From contig JANWXW010000079.1 in the NCBI GenBank assembly GCA_025057315.1, positions 3,434-67,433 on the forward strand: a DNA stretch of 64,000 nucleotides, given 5' to 3'. A program made the translations under genes and the position numbers. This document shows positions 1 through 11,435 of this stretch, piece after piece (position 1 is the stretch's first letter; every line of letters begins with the position of its first letter). The notes under the pieces are model-generated. The model did not search any database. It saw only the letters and a program-made list of their open reading frames with translations, and was not told the DNA's origin. This stretch comes from Myxococcota bacterium (lineage in GTDB: Bacteria; Myxococcota_A; Polyangia; Palsa-1104; JAEUJZ01).

Positions 1-1263
<1,263 letters not shown>

Positions 1264-1343
1264 GCGGCAGCAGGCCCACCTGCCCGCAGCGGCTTGTCTT
1301 GGACGCAGGCAAGCCCGCCGTAAGATTGGCAACGGCAAGGGGC

Positions 1344-2543
1344 CTAGATTCCCAGCAGGAGCTTGTCCGGCTGTTCGAGGCGCTGCTTGATATGGACCAA
1401 GAACTGCACCGCCTCGCGCCCGTCCACGACGCGATGGTCGTACGACAGCGCCAGGTACATCATCGGCCGGATCTCGATGGCCTCCCCGACGGCCACGGGC
1501 CGCCGCATGATGGCATGCATGCCCAGGATGCCGGTCTGCGGCGGGTTGAGCAGCGGCGTTGACATCATCGAGCCGTAGATGCCGCCGTTGGTGATGGTGA
1601 AGGTCCCTCCGGCCAGGTCCTCCAGCGTCAGCTGGTTGTCGCGTGCCTTTTGCGCCAGCGCGGCAATGCCTCGCTCAATCTCGGCAAAGCTGAGCGCATC
1701 GGCGCCGCGGAGCACGGGAACCACCAGACCCTTGCCGCCACCGACGGCGATGCCAAGGTCATAGTACTTCTTGTAAACGATGTCGTGACCGCGCACCTCG
1801 GCGTTCAGCCCGGGAAAGGCACGCAGGGCATCGATGGTGGCCTTGACGAAGAAAGACATCAGGCCGAGCTTCACGCCGTGCCGTTGCTGGAATTCCTCCT
1901 GGTGGCGGCTGCGCAGCGCCTGAACGGCTGTCAGGTCGACCTCGTTAAAAGTAGTCAGGATGGCCGCGGATTGCTGGGCCTGCACCAGGCGCTCGGCGAT
2001 GCGCCGGCGCAACGGGGACATCGGGACGACTTCCTCTGGACCACGGGGCGGCGGCGCCGGCTGGAGACCCAGGGGGGCGGGGGTGGGGCGGAGCGGCTCC
2101 TTCCACGTGGCGGGATCCACACCCTGCTCGCGCAGCAGCCGCCGCATCGTTGGCGACAGATGGGGGGCCCCCGCCCTGGGCACTGCATCGATCGGCCCGC
2201 GGGACGCCTGCGGACGAACCGGCTCCTCAGCGGGGGGCTGCTGCTCAGCCCGGGCCGGGGGCGCCGAACTCTCCGGCTGGTTGCGGGGCGCTGGCGCTGC
2301 GGCCGCATCGGTGTCCAGTGTCCCAATGGACTCCCCAACGCGCACCGTGGCGCCAACGGGGTGGCGCTGCACCCTGAGCACCCCCGCCTGCGGCGCGGGC
2401 AGGTCGACCGTGATCTTGTCCGTCTCCAGCTGGGCCACCGGTTCGTCGGCCGCAACCGCCTCGCCGACCTGTTTCAGCCACTTGGCAATGACCGCTTCGG
2501 AGATGGACTCTCCCAGCGCGGGGACGAGAAGCTCGATGGACAT
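1344..2543 (-). CDS. sucB: 2-oxoglutarate dehydrogenase E2 component (dihydrolipoyl succinyltransferase)
   Basis: N-terminal lipoyl domain with [12 protein letters not shown] (lipoyl-Lys), an E3-binding segment, and the C-terminal acyltransferase motif [12 protein letters not shown]. Lies immediately downstream of sucA on the same strand. Confidence 0.85.
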   Translation of the reverse strand: MSIELLVPALGESISEAVIAKWLKQVGEAVAADEPVAQLETDKITVDLPAPQAGVLRVQRHPVGATVRVGESIGTLDTDAAAAPAPRNQPESSAPPARAEQQPPAEEPVRPQASRGPIDAVPRAGAPHLSPTMRRLLREQGVDPATWKEPLRPTPAPLGLQPAPPPRGPEEVVPMSPLRRRIAERLVQAQQSAAILTTFNEVDLTAVQALRSRHQEEFQQRHGVKLGLMSFFVKATIDALRAFPGLNAEVRGHDIVYKKYYDLGIAVGGGKGLVVPVLRGADALSFAEIERGIAALAQKARDNQLTLEDLAGGTFTITNGGIYGSMMSTPLLNPPQTGILGMHAIMRRPVAVGEAIEIRPMMYLALSYDHRVVDGREAVQFLVHIKQRLEQPDKLLLGI

Positions 2544-2587
2544 GGCGGCTATCCTACCATCGGTAAGGGTCCAGGAGCGCCCGGTGC

Positions 2588-5395
2588 TCAGTGCACGCTC
2601 GCCAGCGGGGCCTCGCGCTCGGCAGACCGTGCCGCCCCGCCAGAGAAGGCCTCCTCCAGAAGCGCGCGCTGCTCCAGCAAGTGCGCCCGGGTGGAACCGG
2701 TCGCCGGGCTGGCACTTTCAGGGCGGCTGACCACGCGCAGCTTGAGCCGTCCGAGCAGAGGCAGCAGGCGCGGCAGGATAAACTCCCGCGCCCCCATGTT
2801 GGCGGGCTCCTCCTGCACCCAGCACAGCTCGATGGCAGCGGGATAGAGGCGAAGGGCCGCCTGCAGCTCCTCGGTCCGCAGCGGGTAAAGCTGCTCCAGC
2901 CGCACCAGGGCGGTGTGAACGTCCCCGCGCCGGACACGCTCCTCCAGCAGGTCGTAGTAGACCTTGCCAGTGCATAGAAAGATCCGCTGCACCGCCTCGC
3001 GCTGCACCAGCGGGTCGGGCAGGACGGAATGGAAACGGCCCGCCGATAGCTCCTCCAGCGAGGAGGTAGCCTCTGGATGGCGCAGCAGGCTCTTGGGCGA
3101 CAGCACAATGAGGGGCTTGCGCCAGGGGCGTAGCACCTGGCGCCGCAACAGGTGAAAGTACTGCGCCGGCGTCGTCGGGAACACGACCTGCATGTTGTCC
3201 TCAGCACACAACTGCAGGAACCGCTCGAAACGGGCGCTGGAGTGCTCCGGCCCCTGCCCCTCGTAGCCATGGGGCAACAGCAGCACCAGCCCCGACAGGC
3301 GTGCCCACTTGTCCTCGGCCGAGCTGACGAACTGGTCCAGGATGACCTGCGCCCCATTGGCAAAGTCGCCAAATTGCGCCTCCCACATGACCAGTCCGTC
3401 TGGATAGTCCAGGCTGTAGCCGTACTCGAAGCCGAGCACCGCGGCCTCTGACAGCATGCTGTCATAGATGCGGAACTCGCCCTGCTGCCCGGGCTCTGCC
3501 ACATGGGCCAGGGGCACGTACTCGGCACCGGTCCGGATATCGATGAGCACGGCATGGCGATGGCTGAAGGTGCCGCGTCGCGTATCCTGTCCGCTGAAAC
3601 GCACCAGCCGCCCCTCCCGCAGCAGGGTCCCAAAGGCCAGCGCCTCGGCCATGCCCCAGTCCAGCGGTAGCTCGCCGTGGCCCATGGCTCGCCGCTGCTG
3701 CAACAGGCGGGCGATCTTGGGATGCGGCGAGAAGTCGGGCGGCAGGGTGGTGATCTTGTCAGCGATATCTTGAAGGATGTCCCGCGGGACGGCCGTGTCC
3801 ACCTCGGGTGTGGCCCGGTCGGGGCCGCCACGGTACCCGCGCCAGTAGCCGCAACCGGAGGGGATGGCCGGGCGTTCGTTCTGCACCCGCGCCTCCGCCA
3901 GCTCGCGTTCCAGGTACTGGGTGTAGCGCGCCACCAGGGCGTCCACCTCGGCCTGCGTGATCCGACGGCGCTCGATGAGGCTGCGGGCATAGGTCTGGGC
4001 CACGGGTGGATGGCGTGCGATCCGCTGGTAGAGCAGCGGCTGGGTGAAGCTCGGCTCATCGCTTTCGTTGTGCCCGTAGCGACGGAAGCAGAACATATCT
4101 ATGACCACGTCACAGCGGAACTGCCGCCGGTACTCCATGGCCAGCTCGACCACGTGGGCCACCGCCTCGGGATCGTCTCCATTGACGTGGAAGATCGGCA
4201 CCTGGATCATCCGCGCCACGTCGGTGCAATAGGGGGTCGAGCGGGAAGCGTGGGGGCTGGTGGTAAAGCCGATCTGGTTGTTGACAATGATGTGCAGCGT
4301 CCCGCCCGTGCGGTAGCCATGCAGGTTGGACAGGTTCAGCGTCTCGGCCACCAGCCCCTGCCCGGCAAAGGCCGCATCGCCGTGGATGAGCACGCCCAGC
4401 ACGCGCTCGTGCCGGGTGTCTTGCCGCCGCCGCTGCTTGGCGCGGACCCTGCCCAGGACCACGGGGTCCACCGCCTCTAGGTGGCTGGGGTTGAAAGCCA
4501 GCGACAGGTGGATGCGATGGCCCGCAGCCGTTTCGTAGTCGCTCGAGTAGCCCATGTGGTACTTGACGTCGCCGCCGCCCATGACGCTCTCCGGCGCGAT
4601 GTCCTCAAACTCGGCAAAGATCAGGCTCGGGCTCTTGCCCACGATGTTGGCCAGCACGTTGAGCCGCCCACGGTGGGCCATGCCCAGCACCACCTCCTGA
4701 ATGCCGTGCAGGCCAGCCTGCTCTAGGGCCACATCAAGCAATGCGATGAGCGTCTCGCCACCCTCCAGCGAGAAGCGCTTGGTGCCGACATACTTGAGGT
4801 GGACAAACCGCTCGAAGGTCTCGGCCGCCACCAGCCGCTCGAGGATGCGCCGCTGCGCCGCCTCATCGCGACGGAAGCGGTTGTCCATGGTCTCCAGACG
4901 CTCGGCCAGCCAGGTCCGTCGCACCGGGTCAGAGATGTACATGTACTCCACGCCGATGGTGTCGCAGTAGATGCGGCGCAGGCGCCCCAGCAGGTCGCGC
5001 AGCCGGATGCCCTCGGGCGGAACGCCAAAGAGGCCACCGCCTGGGACCACCTCGTCCATGTGCTCCTCGCCCAAACCGTAGGTGGCCGGGGCCAGGTCCG
5101 GATGCTTCTCGCGGATCAGGGTGCCCAGCGGATCCAGATTGGCCTCCAGGTGGCCCCGTACCCGGTAGGCGTGCACCAGCGCATGCACCCGCGCCAGCAG
5201 CATCGGATCGGGACCGGGCTCTCGCTCAGCGGCGCGCCAGGAGATCGGACGGCCCTCGAACAGCTCCCGCCATCCGGCGGGCAGCGCCTCCGGACGCTCC
5301 CGGTAGCGGGCGTACAGCTCATCCACGAGGCCGAGGTGGGCGCCAAGGGTGCCTACGAGCCATGGTTGCAGGGAATCGGTGCGGTCGTTGTACAT
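2588..5395 (-). CDS. sucA: 2-oxoglutarate dehydrogenase E1 component
   Basis: ~935-aa product with N-terminus [15 protein letters not shown]... that aligns to SucA N-termini. The ThDP-dependent E1 fold is recognisable throughout. The track ORF extends to a GTG at 5464, but the conserved N-terminus starts at the ATG near 5395. Confidence 0.88.
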   Translation of the reverse strand: MYNDRTDSLQPWLVGTLGAHLGLVDELYARYRERPEALPAGWRELFEGRPISWRAAEREPGPDPMLLARVHALVHAYRVRGHLEANLDPLGTLIREKHPDLAPATYGLGEEHMDEVVPGGGLFGVPPEGIRLRDLLGRLRRIYCDTIGVEYMYISDPVRRTWLAERLETMDNRFRRDEAAQRRILERLVAAETFERFVHLKYVGTKRFSLEGGETLIALLDVALEQAGLHGIQEVVLGMAHRGRLNVLANIVGKSPSLIFAEFEDIAPESVMGGGDVKYHMGYSSDYETAAGHRIHLSLAFNPSHLEAVDPVVLGRVRAKQRRRQDTRHERVLGVLIHGDAAFAGQGLVAETLNLSNLHGYRTGGTLHIIVNNQIGFTTSPHASRSTPYCTDVARMIQVPIFHVNGDDPEAVAHVVELAMEYRRQFRCDVVIDMFCFRRYGHNESDEPSFTQPLLYQRIARHPPVAQTYARSLIERRRITQAEVDALVARYTQYLERELAEARVQNERPAIPSGCGYWRGYRGGPDRATPEVDTAVPRDILQDIADKITTLPPDFSPHPKIARLLQQRRAMGHGELPLDWGMAEALAFGTLLREGRLVRFSGQDTRRGTFSHRHAVLIDIRTGAEYVPLAHVAEPGQQGEFRIYDSMLSEAAVLGFEYGYSLDYPDGLVMWEAQFGDFANGAQVILDQFVSSAEDKWARLSGLVLLLPHGYEGQGPEHSSARFERFLQLCAEDNMQVVFPTTPAQYFHLLRRQVLRPWRKPLIVLSPKSLLRHPEATSSLEELSAGRFHSVLPDPLVQREAVQRIFLCTGKVYYDLLEERVRRGDVHTALVRLEQLYPLRTEELQAALRLYPAAIELCWVQEEPANMGAREFILPRLLPLLGRLKLRVVSRPESASPATGSTRAHLLEQRALLEEAFSGGAARSAEREAPLASVH

Positions 5396-5578
5396 TGTCA
5401 AGCTACACTCTCTGTCTGGCCCAGCATAGCGGCAGCGGCTGCCTCCGGCCAGTCTCGGTGCCACGGCCAGACGGATCTCGACGATGGCGATCGCGGCGGA
5501 GCGGAAGCCTTGCCAGCGGGGGCTCCTGGGGGTGCATTGGGTCGAGGCGACCTTGGGGGCAAGCGGGCACCGGGGGGG

Positions 5579-8116
5579 CTAGGGCACGACCCGGGCCACG
5601 GCGCTCAGCGGAAGCCAGCCGGTCTGACCATTCCAGAGGGTGACCCGGACCCACGCTCCGCGCACCTCGCGCACGACCAGCTCGGTGCCCGCGGGGAGCG
5701 GCCGGCCCAGGGCCGGGGGCGCACCGATGCTGTCGGCCGAACGCAAGGTCACGCCTGGGAGCACCACCACCCCCTGCTGGCTCTCATCGGGCGACAGCAC
5801 CACCGAGACCAGGACGGCAACCCACAACAGGGCCCCAAAGAGCGCGCCGACCCGGAGCCCGCGCCGCCAGGCCGTGCGGCCCGTGGACCACGGAGCCGCC
5901 AGCAGCACCGCGACGGCAAACAGGGCCGCGCCGAGCAGGTGCTGCCACGGCCGGGACAGTTGCCCCTGCCAGAAAAACAGGGTGTCTAGGGCTCCGCTGG
6001 CAGGCGGCCGCGGCAGCCAATCGGGGAGCTGGGCACGCAAGGCGGCAAGGTTGCGACGGGCGCGCTCGGCCCTGGGGTCCAGATGCAGCGCCCGGCGGTA
6101 GGCCAGTACGGCCAGGCCCGGCTCCTGGGCCGATAGCGCGGCGTTGCCCCAGTCGGACAGCAGCGCCGGGCGGTCGGGCAATGCCGTGCACAGCTCACGG
6201 TACAGCGCCTCGGCACGCGCGAAGCCAGCCCGGCGCAAATCGCGGTCCGGCTGCGCCAGAGCCGCCTGGTAGGCCTGGCGCGCAGCCTGCAGCCGCGCCT
6301 CCAGGTCCTCCGCAGCAGCCAGCGGCCGCGGGATGCCCAGGAGCAGAAGCAAGAGCCCGCCCGAGATGAGCCGCGCGACTCGGCGGGCCTCCTCGACCAG
6401 GTCTCTGGGCAACGGCTGGCTTCGTGCCTCTGGCCCATAGGCCTCGGTCTCCAGCCGGGTAAGCAGCGCCTCCGCAGCGGTTGTCTCGCATGCAGTCCGA
6501 CGGCAAAGCGTGCGCAGCGCTCCGGCCAGGCGTGGCGCCATGTCCCGCGCCGGCGTGTGCGCTGCGTCGGTGAGTTCACGCTCCAGGGCCGCCAGCGCCC
6601 GGCGCATCTCAGCAGCTGCCTGGCGCCGGGCACGCCTGCGCTGTCGGAGCCCCTGGACCAGCAGCAGCGCGGGCGGCACCACGTAGAGGGCGACGATAGA
6701 GGGCAGTAGGTCGCGCAGCGAGCGCGCCGGCACCAGCGTCTCCCCAGGAGCGCTGAGCGCCAGGTCAACGCCGGCCAGCCACAGCCCCGTCTCCTCCGTC
6801 CTCCCAGACTTGCTGGTCGCAGCCTCCGGTGCGGGCGTGTCCGGCGGCCGGCCGATGACCGCCGAGGCACCGACCACGGCACTGCCCTCGACCGACAGCG
6901 CGATGGGCTGGCTGTGGACGGTGCGATAGGTCCCCTGCTCCGGGTCAAAATAGCTGAAGGCCAGCGGCGGAATCTGCCGGACCTCGCCGCTGCGCAGGCG
7001 CACCGGGACGCGAAACAGCCGTCCGATGCCGTCAGGCGGCGGCTCGCCGGAGGGAGGTTCCGCCGGGGCAGCAAACTGCTCCGGCGCCAGGCCCATGGCG
7101 GGCAGCGGCGGCAGGATCAGCCCGGCCAGCCGTCCCTTGCCCCGGATGAGGATCCGCAGCTCGATGGGCTCCCCTATGCGCACCACCGTCCGCCCCGCCT
7201 GGACATCGATGGAAAAGGCCGAGCCCACGGCGTTGCGAAAGCTCCCCGGCCGGCCGGACAGCGGGGGCGCGCGGACCTCCAGCGACACCTCCTTGCCCAC
7301 GGCCTGGTACAGCTTCGTGACCGGCACAGCAAAGCCAAACACGTCGCGACCCGTGCCGGCGGCCAGCTCGGCCATCACGCGCGGAGGCGCCGCCTGGAGC
7401 GTCCCCGGCTTCACCGGCGTGATGCGCACGTGGAAGCGGTACCGGGTGCAGGGTACGCTCTCCCCTTCCGGGATGGCAGTGTCGCGCGTATAGGGCAGCT
7501 CCAGCGTGCGGGAGCCGGCGTGAAAGCCGCCCAGCTTCGGTCCCTCCATGGGGGCCGGCTCCACCTCCACCCGGTCCTCCAGGTCAAACAGCGGCACGAC
7601 GAAGGTATGGTTGCTCACGTCGCGGCGCAGGTACCAGTCGAGCTGTGCCTCGATTGTCTCGCCGACCCAGACGGGTCGCTCGGGCAGGGTGAGGCGAATC
7701 TGCATGTCCCGCGTGGTCTCCATCTCACGTACCAGCAGCGACGCAGCACGGCTCTGCGCCCGGGCCTTGCCCTGCTCTGCGGTCAGGGGCGGCACGGTGT
7801 ACTGCCCGGCCCGTGGGGCCTCGATGCGGAAACGGTAAACGAAGGTCACGTTGCGCGTCTCACTGCGCTGACCGCCGATGATTTGCACCATCGTGGAGAC
7901 GCTGGGCGAGACGCCCAGGGGGGTCACCTTGCACCCCGGGATGCGCAGCTCGCTCAAAACGGGTTGCGGCTCCTCGTCGAAGCCCGTCGCAATGACCGAC
8001 AGCACAAAGGGCAGGTTGGCGTACAGCTCCTCGCTCTCCACCTGCAGCTGGAGCTGCTGGGCGCGGACGGACAGCGAGGCCAGGAACACCCAAGCAAAGA
8101 CGACCAGCTGGCGCAT
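5579..8116 (-). CDS. BatD-like protein fused to a BatE-like TPR + SH3b module (845 aa)
   Basis: Signal peptide and a large BatD-like periplasmic region. A TM helix (LPSIVALYVVPPALLLV) is followed by TPR-like repeats and a C-terminal SH3b-like segment (VVREVRGAWVRVTLWNGQTGWLPLS). It is the last gene of the MoxR/VWA operon. Confidence 0.7.
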   Translation of the reverse strand: MRQLVVFAWVFLASLSVRAQQLQLQVESEELYANLPFVLSVIATGFDEEPQPVLSELRIPGCKVTPLGVSPSVSTMVQIIGGQRSETRNVTFVYRFRIEAPRAGQYTVPPLTAEQGKARAQSRAASLLVREMETTRDMQIRLTLPERPVWVGETIEAQLDWYLRRDVSNHTFVVPLFDLEDRVEVEPAPMEGPKLGGFHAGSRTLELPYTRDTAIPEGESVPCTRYRFHVRITPVKPGTLQAAPPRVMAELAAGTGRDVFGFAVPVTKLYQAVGKEVSLEVRAPPLSGRPGSFRNAVGSAFSIDVQAGRTVVRIGEPIELRILIRGKGRLAGLILPPLPAMGLAPEQFAAPAEPPSGEPPPDGIGRLFRVPVRLRSGEVRQIPPLAFSYFDPEQGTYRTVHSQPIALSVEGSAVVGASAVIGRPPDTPAPEAATSKSGRTEETGLWLAGVDLALSAPGETLVPARSLRDLLPSIVALYVVPPALLLVQGLRQRRRARRQAAAEMRRALAALERELTDAAHTPARDMAPRLAGALRTLCRRTACETTAAEALLTRLETEAYGPEARSQPLPRDLVEEARRVARLISGGLLLLLLGIPRPLAAAEDLEARLQAARQAYQAALAQPDRDLRRAGFARAEALYRELCTALPDRPALLSDWGNAALSAQEPGLAVLAYRRALHLDPRAERARRNLAALRAQLPDWLPRPPASGALDTLFFWQGQLSRPWQHLLGAALFAVAVLLAAPWSTGRTAWRRGLRVGALFGALLWVAVLVSVVLSPDESQQGVVVLPGVTLRSADSIGAPPALGRPLPAGTELVVREVRGAWVRVTLWNGQTGWLPLSAVARVVP

Positions 8117-8117
8117 G

Positions 8118-11100
8118 CTACCAGTCCTTGTCCACCGGCTCGGGCTGCGTCTGCCGCCGGTCTTGACGACGACGCTGCTCGGCCTCGCGCTCGCGGATTG
8201 CCTGCAGTCGCCGCGCGGCCTGCTCCTGAGATACCTGCTGGTCCTGCGAGTCCGGCTCCTGCGGGCGCTTGGGCGGCGGCTCCAGCAGGCGCAACGCCTC
8301 CTCCAGGTGGTGGAGCGCCTGCCTCTGCTTCCCCAAGACCGGCTCGAGGTCAGGCGACAGGCTAGCCTGGCTGTCTTCCCTCAGCATGCGGGCCGCGGCC
8401 TCCATGGCCTCCTGTCCCTGGCGCACCTGCTGGGCGGCCTCAGCTAGGCGCCCGGCCGCCTCCCGCTCGGTCTGCCCCTCTCGTGTCCCCTGCGCCTGGT
8501 CCGCCTGGGCAGCCAGCGCCTCTGCGATCGCCCGCGCCTTGTCCCCGTGGCCGGCCTGAGCCTGGGCCAGCGGACCGAGACGCTGCCTGCGGATGGCCTC
8601 GTCCCGCTCGGCCTGAGCTGAGCTGGTGCGGTCGGCCGTTTCGGTCTGGTCCCGGTGCAGCTCCTTGATGTGCTCGACAATCGAGAAGAAAAGCCGGCGC
8701 AGCTCGGCAAGCTCGCGCAGCGCCTCTTCTGCCGGTGGCAGCAGGCTCGGACCAGGTCGGGACAGCATCGGGCCCATGCGTGCCAGGGCGGCAGCAGCGC
8801 GCGCACGGTGCTGCTGGGCCTCCTGCAGCCGTGCCTGCTGGCCAGCCACGGCCTCCGGGTCGGTCTTCTGGCCCGAGGCTTGCCCACCGTCGCCGCCCTG
8901 ACCACCGGCAGCCAGCGCCGCTTGCTCCTCCTCCAGCAGGCGCTGCAGCCGGGCCAGGCGATCGACGTTGCGCCCATGTCCCTGGCGCACAAGCTCTAGG
9001 CGCTGCCGCGTGCTCAGCTGGCGCAGCTCGTCGGGCTGTGGCTGCTTTCGGTCAGGCGACAACAAACCCACCATGAGCTCCTGCTCCGCATGAGCCGCCT
9101 CGATAAGGTCGCGAAGGCCGGCAAAGCGCGACAGCGCCTGGGCTAGGGCAACCAGGGCGCGCTCCTGCTCCCGGTCCGCTGCTGGCAACCCTTCGGCCAA
9201 CAGCGCCGTGGCCGCTGCCTCCATCGCCTGGGCCGCCTCGCGTAGATGCGGCGTCGCCTCGCGGGCAGCCGCCAGCAGGCGTTCCAGACGCTGGTTCCGC
9301 CCCCCATCCTGCCCGGTCGCGGGCTGGGGAGGCGGTGTCTGGGCGGCATGCTCGACGCCGGCTGCAAGCCGCCCGTGCAGTTCCAGGGTGCGCGAGGCGA
9401 GCCCGCGCTGCTGCTGGGCAAGCGGGTCCGGCCGGAGCCAGGGCGGCACGGGTCCAGCGGCCGGCTTCTCCTCCGACTGGGCGGGCAGACGGAGGGCCTC
9501 TCGCCGCAGCTGCGCCAGCGCCTGGGTTTCCAGCCGCGCTTGGAGCTGATCGGCCACCAGGCCCTTGAGGACCGCCACCGGATCGATGAGCTGCTCCAGC
9601 GCCCGCTTCAGCTCCACGATCGCCTGGTCGACCCGCCCGTGACCCCGTTCGGGCTGAAGGCGGCGCAGCAAACGGCTCGCATCGGCCATCGTGTCACGGG
9701 CCAGCCCCAGGTAGTGCTCCAGGTTCTGCAACTGCACGAGCCGGCCGCGTTCCTCTTTACTCCGCTGGGCCTCGGGCCGGCGTTCGATGCCAGCCCGCTC
9801 GTCGCCGGCCAGATCCAGAAGGGCACCCACTTCGCTCATCAGGGTGCGCTGAAACGTCGCCTGGTCCTCCAGCTCACGCTGCAGCCCGAGCGGCTCCCCC
9901 CCTCCACCAGCCTGGGCCATGCGGGCGAGCACGCCGCGAAGACGGTCGCGCAGCGTACGCTGGTCCTGCAGGACCCGGCTCAGACGGGCCTCCAGACGGT
10001 TCTGTTCCCGGTTGAGCTGGTCGGCCAGGCGCTGAATGCGCCGCAGGACCACCTCCAGGTTGAAGCGGGCATCGCCGCGCCGTCCCGGCAGCGACGCGCT
10101 CTCTTCGGTCCGGATCGCATCGCGGAACCAGGCCGCGGCCTGGTGGAGCGCGGCCAGCGCCTCCTCGGGCTTGTCCTTCTGCAGGCTATCCGCCTTGCGG
10201 GCCTGGACCAGGCCCAGGTTGAAGGCTGCATGATGGCGCAGCACCTGGTCGCTGCCAGCGCGGTCGCGGGCAGATAGGAAGCCACGCTCGGCAGCGGCCA
10301 GGTCTCCGGACTGAAAAGATGCACGCGCCTGGTTGTAGGCGCGGCGGGGCGGGCCTAGCTCGTCTTGGTCGGCTTGGGCCCTGTCCGGCAGGCCCAGCAT
10401 CAGGGCCGCAACGATCACGAGGCTGCGAGCACCGGTGCCCACGTAGGCAGCACCCAGCAGCAGCCCCAGCGCCGCCAGGAGCAGCCACGGATAGTGTTCC
10501 CGCGGCACGGTGCGCACCGAGGCCGTGCGCGCCTCCTGGAGCAGGGGGCGAATGTGCGCCTTGACAATCGAGTCCAGGTCGAGCGCTGCTACGCCAGCCG
10601 GCACGTAGGCACCCCCGGTGCGCAGGGCGATCTCCCGCAGGGTCTTGCCGTCTAGGCGCGAGCGCACAAGCTGGCCATCTCGGTCGGTGAGGAAGCTGCG
10701 CGCCCCGGTCTGCGGGTCGGTAATCGTGATCTCGCTGCCCCGCTCATCGCCAAAACCAATGGCGACAATGGGCACGCCAGCTCGGCGGGCCTCGTCGGCG
10801 GCATCGAGCGGAAAGGAATCATGGTCCTCGCCATCGGTGACCAGCAGGATCAGCCGCGACCCGGGGCCCTTGCCAAAGGCCGACAGTGCCGTGCGGATGC
10901 CGTCTCCAATGCGGGTCCCCCCACGGACCACGCTGCGCGTGTTGACCCCCTCCAGCACCATGCGGAAAAAGCCATGGTCCGGGGTCAGGGGGCAGAGCAC
11001 CTGCGCCCGGCCGGCAAAGGCCGTCAGACCCACCCGCTGCCCCTGGAGACGGCCCACCAGGTCCGCCACCTCGGCCTTGGCCCGCTCCAGACGGCTGGGC

Positions 11101-11435
11101 GCCGCGTCCTCGGCCAGCATGCTGCGAGACACGTCCAGCACCACCATCACATCTGCGCTGACCTCGCCCGCGGCCATCGACTCCACCTCGCCCAGGCTCT
11201 GGGGACGCATCAGGGCCAGCACGATGCAGACCATGCCCAGCAGCAGCAGCCCCAGGCGCAGCCCGCGACGGGTCGGCGGCAACCGACGGGCCAGGCGGAC
11301 TTGCATGGGCGGACCGATGAAGCGGGCGAGCAGGTCCCGTTGGCCCAGTTCCAGCCAACCCAGCCATCCAATGAGCAGCACCACCCCCCAGATCAGGTGA
11401 ACAGCCTCGCGGTGGACAAAGGTCAAGCCGCTCAT
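8118..11435 (-). CDS. BatB-like VWA domain protein fused to a BatC-like TPR region, with a ~650-aa Q/R/A/E-rich coiled-coil C-terminal extension (1105 aa)
   Basis: VWA/MIDAS segment (VMVVLDVSRSM ... LILLVTDGEDHDS), two TM helices and TPR-like repeats. The low-complexity heptad-like sequence runs to the C-terminus. The start overlaps the batA stop by 4 nt. Confidence 0.7.
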   Translation of the reverse strand: MSGLTFVHREAVHLIWGVVLLIGWLGWLELGQRDLLARFIGPPMQVRLARRLPPTRRGLRLGLLLLGMVCIVLALMRPQSLGEVESMAAGEVSADVMVVLDVSRSMLAEDAAPSRLERAKAEVADLVGRLQGQRVGLTAFAGRAQVLCPLTPDHGFFRMVLEGVNTRSVVRGGTRIGDGIRTALSAFGKGPGSRLILLVTDGEDHDSFPLDAADEARRAGVPIVAIGFGDERGSEITITDPQTGARSFLTDRDGQLVRSRLDGKTLREIALRTGGAYVPAGVAALDLDSIVKAHIRPLLQEARTASVRTVPREHYPWLLLAALGLLLGAAYVGTGARSLVIVAALMLGLPDRAQADQDELGPPRRAYNQARASFQSGDLAAAERGFLSARDRAGSDQVLRHHAAFNLGLVQARKADSLQKDKPEEALAALHQAAAWFRDAIRTEESASLPGRRGDARFNLEVVLRRIQRLADQLNREQNRLEARLSRVLQDQRTLRDRLRGVLARMAQAGGGGEPLGLQRELEDQATFQRTLMSEVGALLDLAGDERAGIERRPEAQRSKEERGRLVQLQNLEHYLGLARDTMADASRLLRRLQPERGHGRVDQAIVELKRALEQLIDPVAVLKGLVADQLQARLETQALAQLRREALRLPAQSEEKPAAGPVPPWLRPDPLAQQQRGLASRTLELHGRLAAGVEHAAQTPPPQPATGQDGGRNQRLERLLAAAREATPHLREAAQAMEAAATALLAEGLPAADREQERALVALAQALSRFAGLRDLIEAAHAEQELMVGLLSPDRKQPQPDELRQLSTRQRLELVRQGHGRNVDRLARLQRLLEEEQAALAAGGQGGDGGQASGQKTDPEAVAGQQARLQEAQQHRARAAAALARMGPMLSRPGPSLLPPAEEALRELAELRRLFFSIVEHIKELHRDQTETADRTSSAQAERDEAIRRQRLGPLAQAQAGHGDKARAIAEALAAQADQAQGTREGQTEREAAGRLAEAAQQVRQGQEAMEAAARMLREDSQASLSPDLEPVLGKQRQALHHLEEALRLLEPPPKRPQEPDSQDQQVSQEQAARRLQAIREREAEQRRRQDRRQTQPEPVDKDW

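Noticed and set aside
1270-1283. Short hairpin GCAGG-ccca-CCTGC after the cysS stop
   Set aside because: 5-bp stems like this occur by chance very frequently at this GC content. There is no U-tract and no extended stem.
1650-2846. 398-aa ORF on the + strand opposite sucB/sucA. Other long antisense ORFs are 2554..4059 (-), 3677..4480 (+), 4799..5989 (+), 5986..7074 (-), 6914..8365 (+), 9246..10277 (+), 10618..11400 (+), 17325..18392 (+), 17402..18406 (-), 22333..23457 (+), 23440..24252 (-), 26248..27075 (-), 30294..31562 (-), 31926..33431 (+), 32573..33712 (-), 34869..35951 (-), 45397..46650 (-), 46669..47961 (-) and 47974..49122 (-).
   Set aside because: All overlap strongly supported genes on the other strand or frame. 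Their translations are Arg/Pro/Ala/Gly-rich with no recognisable domains. That is the usual stop-codon-poor artefact of ~70% GC DNA.
5396-5464. 23-codon GTG-initiated extension of sucA
   Set aside because: Homology to SucA N-termini starts at the internal ATG ([12 protein letters not shown]). The extension is probably read-through of the open frame. A one-base discrepancy appeared when hand-translating around 5399-5401, so the ATG coordinate may be off by one nucleotide.
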